Shown here in pieces: positions 54,290 to 64,000 of a stretch of 64,000 nt of DNA. The stretch covers positions 372,372,001 to 372,436,000 of the forward strand of contig OZ024741.1 in assembly GCA_964016885.1 (NCBI GenBank), given 5' to 3'. The DNA comes from Eledone cirrhosa. Taxonomy: Eukaryota. Under the pieces are notes generated by a model. It was given only the letters and a program-made list of their open reading frames with translations, had not been told where the DNA came from and did no database searches. Positions within the stretch are counted from its first letter, which is position 1; each line of letters begins with the position of its first letter. Made by a program: the position numbers and the translations under genes.

Positions 54290-55630
54290 TTTGGTCATGC
54301 TGTCAATAAAAACACACGAATACGAATCTACAGATTAGACCAATTATCTCGAGTATAGAAGGACTCCTCAATAAAACCTCCTGGTTCCTCTCCCAGATCT
54401 TCAATCGCTTGCTTGCTACTTTTCCTGGATATGTCAGCAGTTCCGACGAAATCGTACAAACACTACATCAACTACAACCTAACCAACATAAACTCAACAG
54501 ATTTAGCCTCGACGTTGTCTCCCTCTACACGACAGTACCCGCTCATCCAGCGGTCAACCTAGTGACTGAGTGCATTATTTCATACAATATATACTGCTTC
54601 GACCTCACTCCACAAGACATACATCAGCTTCTATCCGTCATCGTAGAAAATACATATTTCACTTTCTACCACCACACATACAAACAACAGGCCTACCCAT
54701 GGGGTCCTGTCTTTCAGGCCTTCTAGCCATCCCCTATATGAACCAACTGGAACGTCGAATGCTCAACACCTGCCGCTCTCGTTTCCTTCACCTGATACCT
54801 AGATGATATATTCATCCTCATATCATCCCGTGAAAATGCCGACATAATATCTACGGCATTTTCAAACACAGATAACAACATAAGATTTACCACAGAACAC
54901 CTCGATAAAAATGGTTCCTAGTCTCTACTGGACTTCCAACTTAGAGTAACAGAAGAAGGTACTATATACACCAACTTCTATAGGAAAGCTGCCATCAGAG
55001 ACCTGTTTGTGCATTATATATCAGCCCTTCCCCCTTTGTGCTAAAACCAAATACATATTAAATGAACATATGCATATCCCGAATAAATATAGCAAGACAG
55101 AGGACCAGATCAATCACACTGCACACTTCATAGATGTACTGAAGACGAACGGATACCCAATATCCCCGGTGAATCGACTTAAGAATCGAAGGCGCCGCAG
55201 GCATAAGACCTCTAACACCTGCTTCATGAAATTACCACGTTTCAGCGAAAGCGTAACCACAGCTGTCGGCAGAGCTATCCACAAAGTAGGACTGGACATA
55301 CAATTAGCACACTCGGACCCTTCACTGCGTGGATACCTGTCTACAAAGCAATCCAGAGACAACAACAATAAATTCTCGTTGACTAACTGCCATATCCGCG
55401 CCACAGGTATATGTCAGCGGTAGCATGACTCGGTCACTCCACACAAATTAAAACATTATCCACTGAAAGTTCCTTAAATCCCGAATAAGGGATTTTTAGA
55501 TCCCGAAATATTGGACAGAAAAAAGAAGAACAACAACAACAAACAAAACAAAGATTACCAGGTAACTTACTTTTCGTTACCTCATCTTACAGTCCATTTT
55601 GCATTGTTTAGCCTTCTATCTCTTTCAACG
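54290..55630 (+). mobile_element. Decayed Penelope-like element RT fragment with 3' region
   Basis: FSLDVVSLYTTVP, NTYFTF, GLPMGSCLSGLLA, DDIF, FTTEH, LLDF, FYRK across frameshifts. 55470-55605 is homologous to 56370-56500, which carries a CTGAAGA...CGAAA remnant. Confidence 0.85.
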
Positions 55631-55664
<34 letters not shown>

Positions 55665-55939
55665 CATGGTGCAAATATAGGCTTCTAACCCTACATTTGC
55701 ACCTGTAAATAGTTATTTTCCCAAAGTTATTTATATATTTAATCCGATATGACGTTTGTACTTACATGCTGAACATTTATTGAATTATAACCAAGATACA
55801 AATTAAAATATCATTCTGATCTTTAATTGCTTTCACATGTCAGTAATCAACAAAACTATATGGTTTCTTTTATGCAAATCATTACTTCACCAAAACGCAA
55901 ATTTGCCACTTTGTATGATTGTTCATATATCCGGTAATG

Positions 55940-56062
55940 TATGCCAGTCCTAGATCCCCAAAATAGTATGCCAGTCCTAGATTTCCAAAATGATATGTCA
56001 TTCCTAGATTCAAAAAATGGTATGCCAATCCTAGATTCCCAAAATGGTATGCCAGTCCTAAA
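55940..56062. repeat. 27-bp tandem repeat, about 4.5 copies
   Basis: Unit tatgccagtcctagatccccaaaatag. Confidence 0.85.
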
Positions 56063-57123
56063 TTGAAAAGATTAAATACATTCAATGCTAATGCCATCAT
56101 TATCAAGGACCCGTGTCGACAAGTTTTGTGATAAATTTTCCTAATCAATTTTTTTACGGATCGAAAATCGTGCTGTAAACCATTAATTAATTCAATATTT
56201 CAAATGATTCGAGTCTAGCTGCTGTTTTCTCGAGTCCACCTCTGACAGAGCTGACAGACATGATAAAAAGTGTTCTAGCTATGACCATCTTATTTTTTAG
56301 TCTTTTATTCAGTAACAATGTAACAAAGTTATTTAACAAAGAGAAGAAACCAGAACATTTTTTCTCTGAGAGTTCCTTATACTCTGAAGAAGGGAATTTT
56401 AAGCCCCGAAATATTAGGACGAAAGAAACAGCTACAAAACAAAGATTACCAGGTAACTTACTTTTTCGTTATCTACATCTTACCGTCCATTTTTCATTGT
56501 TTCACTTTTCATATAATTTAACAGTATTTCGTCGCAGTCACAATTCGAACGAAGCCCGCCGCAGCTTCCATTACCCTGTTGATTCTGTAGATAAAAAAAA
56601 GTACCAGTCTAGTACTGGTGTCGATACTTCCTCTCTCTGGAAGAAATTTTCTGTACTTAGACCTGGAGAGGGATGGGCTCCGCCAGGCTTAAAATGCCCA
56701 AGGAATGCCGTATGTCGATACGGCACCCCTACGACTCGCTCAGTAGTTACGGAACCATACCATACCATTCAGTTACGAGCAGATAAATGCACCTTCTTGA
56801 CCAACACTCCATTGATCCCGTGTGTGAAAAGAAGGAGGGCTGTATCATTACAGATCTGGTACTTTTTTATCAGCCCCAAAAGGATGACAGGCAAAGTGGA
56901 TCTCAACAGGATTTGAACTCATAACAAAGAACAAATATCCATCACTGTTAACGACTCTGTTAAATCGGCCGACTAAAGTACTTGTAATAAGGAACATAGT
57001 GTTGATCTCTTGTTATACATGTACTGCCACTTGAGAGAATGTGAGGAGGAGGAGGTGGAGAAGGAGAAGAAGGGGGGGGGGGAGAAGAAGAAGAAAAAGA
57101 AGAAGAAGAAGAAGAAGAAGAAC

Positions 57124-57157
<34 letters not shown>

Positions 57158-57406
57158 ACAACGACAACAAGAGAAAGAGAGAGAGGGAGGGGAAGAGAGG
57201 ATGGGATGATCTGAGAAGAGTCTTTCGAGATGGAGGAGTGATGTTTAATGAAGTCTTATAATAGGTGATGTTGAAGATGGGAGAAATAAATGCAAAGTAG
57301 ATGATATGATATTGTTTTGAGAGGCATCAAGCGAAAGTGATGCTGTCTCCATATATTTGCGTATGTATTTGTATTTCAGTATATAACTATATATATATAT
57401 ACATAC

Positions 57407-57522
<116 letters not shown>

Positions 57523-57742
57523 GTGTGTGTGTGTGTATATATGTACACATGGTTTATATATGTGTGTGTATATATATATATATATATGTACACATGGTTG
57601 GGTTGTTGTTTCATTGAGGAACTGAAATCTTATGATTCCAGTTCCTCAATGAAACAACAGCCCAACCAGGAACTGGGCATATCAGAGTATTGACAAAGTT
57701 ATACACCTCAACAATATACTCGTCTCTACCACACTAATTCGG

Positions 57743-57797
57743 ACTGCCTGAAGAGGTCACAGCCAAAGATGGCTGTCACCGAAATATATATAGCAGT
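57743..57797 (+). ncRNA. Type I hammerhead ribozyme, family F (element about 57595-57850)
   Basis: actgc-CTGAAGA-ggtcacagcca-aaga-tggctgtcacc-GAAA-tatata-TA-gcagt. Stem I is a perfect 5 bp, stem II 10 of 11 bp, and loop III is palindromic. Confidence 0.9.
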
Positions 57798-57925
57798 AAT
57801 AAACGCAGCCAAATTTTAAACATTTGACTTATTTATTTTAGTTTATTTTATATATATATATATATATATAACTGCGATGAATTAGTTTTGCGAGGTTTTT
57901 TATATGAAATCGTGTGTCGAAACAA

Positions 57926-58346
57926 ATATTGTTATACTTGGGGAGGGTCATATTTGTGTAATAATATTGCCAGAATTAATAACAGAACACATTCACTGTT
58001 TGGTTGGTTTTCGCCTCTGTGTCTTTTATATTAGTTAATTTAATTTATTCGGTCCTCAATGTTACCATTGACTGACCAACGGTCAAAAATACAGATACAA
58101 TATAGACACAAACACATATATATATAGTCTATATATAGAGAGAACTTTGTTAGACTATATATATGTGTTTGTGTCTATATTGTATCTGTATTTTTGACTG
58201 TTGGTCAGTCAATGGTAACATTGAGGACCGAATAAATTAAATTAACTAATATAAAAGACACAGAAGCGAAAACCAACCAAACAGTTAGTGTGTTCTGTTA
58301 TTAATTCTGGCAATATTATTACACAAATATGACCCTCCCCAAGTAT

Positions 58347-58354
<8 letters not shown>
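57926..58354. mobile_element. Fold-back family B (about 205-bp arms) matching the 3' end of the Penelope element
   Basis: Arms are near-perfect reverse complements; the right arm is colinear with 6378-6585. Confidence 0.9.
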
Positions 58355-58403
<49 letters not shown>

Positions 58404-58409
58404 TGTATG

Positions 58410-58596
58410 TATAGTATATTTGGCAATATACTGTATGTTTAATTAAAAACATTTTGAAGACCATACGCTAACGGTTTTAAGGTAGTGACTATGTCACTTA
58501 CTTTTTTTCGGCGAAAGAAGGGAGAGAAGCTAACAGTCGGTCTCACGCTGTTGGCGATCATCAGAGCCACACACTCCTTGCTTTCGCCGAAAATTA
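58410..58596 (-). mobile_element. Family C copy with a degenerate hammerhead (58529-58567)
   Basis: gct-CTGATGA-tcgc-caaca-gcgt-GAGA-ccgactg-TT-agc inside the stem ttttcggcgaaag/ctttcgccgaaaa. Confidence 0.6.
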
Positions 58597-58625
58597 TAGA
58601 AGCTGGATTCTTATAGAATTCCAGT

Positions 58626-59125
<500 letters not shown>

Positions 59126-59149
59126 CACACACACATCTGTGTATGTGTT

Positions 59150-59729
59150 TGTATCTCAATATGTGACAGTATGTGATTCTATATATATGTGTGTATATAT
59201 CTATATTTCAGTATGTGACTATATATGTGTGTGTATATATCTATATTTCAGTATGTGACTATATATATATATGTGTGTGTGTATATATATCTATATTTCA
59301 GTATGTCACTATATATATGTGTATGTGTGTATATATCTATATTTCAGTATGTGACTATATATATATGTGTGTGTGTGTGTGTATATATCTATATATCAGT
59401 GTCACTATATATATGTGTATGTGTGTATATATCTATATTTCAGTATGTGACTATATATATGTCTATATGTGTATATATCTATATTTCAGTATGTCACTAT
59501 ATATATGTGTGTGTGTATATATCTATATTTCAGTATGTGACTATATATATATGTCTATATGTGTATATATCTATATTTCAGTATGTGACTATATATGTGT
59601 GTGTATATATCTATATTTCAGTATGTGACTATATATATATATATATGTGTGTATGTATATATATCTATATTTCAGTATGTGACTATATATATGTGTATGT
59701 GTGTATATATCTATATTTCAGTATGTGAC

Positions 59730-59760
<31 letters not shown>

Positions 59761-59931
59761 ATATATCTATATATCAGTATGTGACTATATATATGTGTAT
59801 GTGTGTATATATCTATAATTCAGTATGTGACTATATATATATATATGTGTGTGTATGTGTATATATCTATATTTCAGTATGTGACTATATATATGTGTAT
59901 GTGTGTATATATCTATATTTCAGTATGTGAC

Positions 59932-59968
<37 letters not shown>

Positions 59969-60269
59969 ATATATCTATATATCAGTGTCACTATATATAT
60001 GTGTATGTGTGTATATATCTATATATCAGTATGTGACTATATATATGTGTGTGTGTATATATCTATATTTCAGTATGTGACTATATATATATGTCTATAT
60101 GTGTATATATCTATATTTCAGTATGTGACTATATATGTGTGTGTATATATCTATATTTCAGTATGTGACTATATATATATATATATGTGTGTATGTATAT
60201 ATATCTATATTTCAGTATGTGACTATATATATGTGTATGTGTGTATATATCTATATTTCAGTATGTGAC

Positions 60270-60300
<31 letters not shown>

Positions 60301-60471
60301 ATATATCTATATATCAGTATGTGACTATATATATGTGTATGTGTGTATATATCTATAATTCAGTATGTGACTATATATATATATATGTGTGTGTATGTGT
60401 ATATATCTATATTTCAGTATGTGACTATATATATGTGTATGTGTGTATATATCTATATTTCAGTATGTGAC

Positions 60472-60508
<37 letters not shown>

Positions 60509-60671
60509 ATATATCTATATATCAGTGTCACTATATATATGTGTATGTGTGTATATATCTATATATCAGTATGTGACTATATATATGTGTGTGTGTATAT
60601 ATCTATATTTCAGTATGTGACTATATATATATATGTCTATGTGTGTATATATCTATATATCAGTATGTGAC

Positions 60672-60712
<41 letters not shown>

Positions 60713-60829
60713 ATATATCTATATATCAGTGTCACTATATATATGTGTATGTGTGTATATATCTATATTTCAGTATGTGACTATATATATGTGTGTGTGT
60801 GTGTATATATCTATATTTCAGTATGTGAC

Positions 60830-60868
<39 letters not shown>

Positions 60869-60991
60869 ATATATCTATATATCAGTATGTGACTATATAT
60901 ATGTGTATGTGTGTATATATCTATATTTCAGTATGTGACTATATATATATATATGTGTATGTGTGTATATATCTATATTTCAGTATGTGAC

Positions 60992-61028
<37 letters not shown>

Positions 61029-61570
61029 ATATATCTATATATCAGTATGTGACTATATATATGTGTATGTGTGTATATATCTATAATTCAGTATGTGACT
61101 ATATATATATATATGTGTGTGTGTGTATATATCTATATATCAGTGTCACTATATATATGTGTATGTGTGTATATATATCTATATTTCAGTATGTGACTAT
61201 ATATATATATATATATGTGTATATATCTATAATTCAGTATGTGACTATATATATATATATGTCTATATGTGTATATATCTATATTTCAGTATGTGACTAT
61301 ATATATATATATATATGTGTGTGTATATATCTATATATCAGTATGTCACTATATATATGTGTATGTGTATATATCTATATATCAGTATGTGACTATATAT
61401 ATATATGTCTATATGTGTATATATCTATATATCAGTATGTCACTATATATATGTGTATGTGTGTATATATCTATATATCAGTATGTCACTATATATATAT
61501 GTGTATGTGTGTATTTATCTATATATCAGTATGTCACTATATATATGTGTATGTGTGTATATATATATGT
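59150..61570. repeat. 40-50-bp minisatellite with a 540-bp higher-order duplication
   Basis: Unit atatatctatatttcagtatgtgact(at)n(gt)n; lines 59521-60060 recur at 60061-60600. Confidence 0.95.
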
Positions 61571-61724
61571 GTACTTCAATATGTAAGAGTCTGTCTCTCC
61601 CTCTGTTTCTATGGACGGTAAGCAACATTGGGGCTGTAGGCTCCACAGCAACATTGAAGTTGGCAAGACCGCAAACCAAACAAGCACTTGGAGAAGTTCT
61701 CACGGCTAAGCAAGAACAAGATCA

Positions 61725-61929
61725 CCATTATCATCATCATGAACAACATCATCATTACTGTTGCTACCATAACAATGACTTGTCCGGCAACTCTTACTGC
61801 CATAGTTACTGCTTCTATTGCTCTTGTCATTACCACCGTCAATACCACTCCCTACCATGACCATCACCGTCGATAACACGTAAGATCACAGCAACATAGA
61901 CACTTATTATCATTAACGCCGACGCTACC

Positions 61930-61969
<40 letters not shown>

Positions 61970-62480
61970 CCATCATCACCATCATCGTTATCATCATCAT
62001 CACCATCACCATCATCACCATCATCAGAATCATCACCATAATCATCATTATCATCATCATCACCACAACCACAACCATTATCATCACCACTATCATCATC
62101 ACAACCATCATCATCACAACCACAACCACCACAATCACTGCCATCATCATCATCATCATCATCATCACTATCGTTATTATCATCATCATCACCATCACCA
62201 CTACCACAACCATTATCATCACTACCATCATCATCACCATCACAACCACCACAACCACAGCCATTATCATCATCATCACCTTCATCATCATTACCATCAT
62301 CCTCATCATCATCCCTGCAACCACCACAACCACCATCATCATCATCATCACCACCATCGTTATTATCATCACCATCACCACCACCACAACCACCATTATC
62401 ATCATCATCATCATCATCCCCGCCACCACCACCACCAACATCATCATCATATTCATCATCACCACCACCACCAACAACAA
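61725..62480. repeat. (CAT)/(CAC)/(CAA) trinucleotide low-complexity tract
   Basis: Direct inspection. Confidence 0.9.
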
Positions 62481-62559
62481 ACGTTATTATTTCTATCAAA
62501 ACAAACAACACTCCATGTCGATTATAATGATTGCTTACAACCATCGCCATCATAACTCT

Positions 62560-62591
<32 letters not shown>

Positions 62592-62634
62592 TGTATGTAT
62601 GTATGTATGTATGTATGTATGTATGTATGTATGT

Positions 62635-63240
62635 CAGGTCACCAGTTGGTGCTACTGGTAACATGTATCCCAGTACAACCTGTCCCATGGTCGGGTCGTT
62701 GGCGACTAAACTGGCAACCCTACCAAGGTTTCTTGGTGAGGACGGTGACTTTGGACATCCTGCAGGACTAGAAACAAAACCTGTCAAAGGGCAAAGGAGG
62801 TCATAACAGTCAATGGCCATCCAAAATCACCGGGAGAGATGACCCCTTAGCCTTTGTCAAGGCAGAATTCTAGGAGAAGGAAAACTCTGATATAACACCT
62901 GCAACTCTGATCGTATCCAATGATGTTGACTTGTTCTTCTTTTTGGTAAATATCATCTTGGTTAAGAGAGTGGGACTGGCTTTGTGCAGTGCCTTTGCTC
63001 ACTTTAAAAGCTTCACGGCACAGGCATTGCTTTATATCTGGAGATCTCTCTGCACTTGTCATCACATGGTACCATGGGCCTAGCACTATGCGTCAATAAT
63101 TGTCACAAGTGTAGTGTTTGTACCAGAGTTTTCAAGTCGTTGGCTGGACTAAAAAGTCACACTCGTTCAGCGTATCGGTAGGGGTTGTCCTACATGGATA
63201 TAAAGTAGTGGCCGTACTCGAAAACGAGTTGGCAGCCATC
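62635..63240 (+). mobile_element. 606-bp non-autonomous RTE-derived element in (ATGT)n
   Basis: Near-identical to 53048-53653 in the opposite orientation; (ATGT)n on both sides. Confidence 0.85.
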
Positions 63241-63368
63241 ATGTATGTATGTAATTATGTATGTATGTATGTATGTAATTATATATGTTTGTAATTATGT
63301 ATGTATGTATGTATGTATGTATGTATGTATGTATGTATGTATGTATGTATGTATGTATGTATGTATGT

Positions 63369-64000
63369 TCTTCTGGTTTTATAATTTCACAAAGTTTTAC
63401 CAATAGAGAGAGAGAGTCGGTTTCTAACATAGACACAAGACTCTCTCATTGGAATTTACACAACATCAACTAGGTAGATATGTATGTATGCATGCATGTG
63501 TAGATATGGATGTTATTGGATGTGTGGATGTGTATGTTTTGAGTTGTATGTGTGCATGTGTATATGCTTTGTATCTGTACATGTGTATATGCAGTTATTA
63601 GATGCAAAATTTTTGGAATGTTTTACATATTTTTACTGTTCTATTAATGGATTGTACTTGTAGTTTCCTAACTAGTTGTGTTCTTTCTGTTCCTGTGAAG
63701 CCTAGCTTCTCAAGATTTGTATTGAGGCAGTTACTAACATATCCCAGTGCCCCAATAATCACAGGCATAAATCTGAAGGTGTAATCAGGGTGGAGTATCT
63801 GCAGATTTCTCATCAGTTCTGCATAAATATTCTCCTTTTCACTAATCTTTGATATTATATTGGCATCTGCTGGGCAGCTAATTTCCACTACTGTGCATGT
63901 CTTCTTCTCCCTGTCGCATATCATAATATCTGGTCTGTTATGCCTTCATTTTATTGGGGTTTTTACTGGAACATTCCACCAGTACTCTTTCATATTATGT
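63369..64000 (-). mobile_element. 3' end of an R4/Dong-like non-LTR element (restriction-like endonuclease domain)
   Basis: HNRPDIMICDREKKTCTVVEISCP...K..EK...Y..L...PVIIGALG (PD-(D/E)xK-type endonuclease); the 3' UTR runs into (ACAT)n. Confidence 0.8.

Noticed and set aside
62635-62725. HDV-like or twister ribozyme at the 5' end of the RTE-derived element
   Set aside because: Hairpins and a ctaa-actgg segment exist, but I could not build P1 or the twister pseudoknots by eye.

Overview
Eukaryotic, microsatellite-saturated, apparently intergenic or intronic DNA. The tRNA-derived SINE families and (TA)n/(CA)n/(TATG)n density resemble octopus/cephalopod genomes (inference). No host protein-coding gene can be supported; almost all listed ORFs are translations of simple repeats. 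Main content: (1) a 13-kb array of Tx1-clade LINEs, all in one orientation inside a single (GATA)n microsatellite, including one full-length copy with intact ORF1 and ORF2; (2) decayed RTE, Penelope (RT + GIY-YIG) and R4/Dong-like retroelements; (3) SINEs, hAT and mariner MITEs and a U6 snRNA retro-chimera; (4) most notably, several unrelated families of short non-coding elements sitting in (TA)n tracts that carry minimal type I hammerhead ribozymes (CUGANGA...GAAA...UH). One family has a ~430-nt circularly permuted monomer (retrozyme/circular-RNA-like), covarying ribozyme stems and upstream octamer motifs. Across these families, fold-back insertions turn around at the ribozyme cleavage site or stem II loop. 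All RNA structures were paired by eye and have not been computed.
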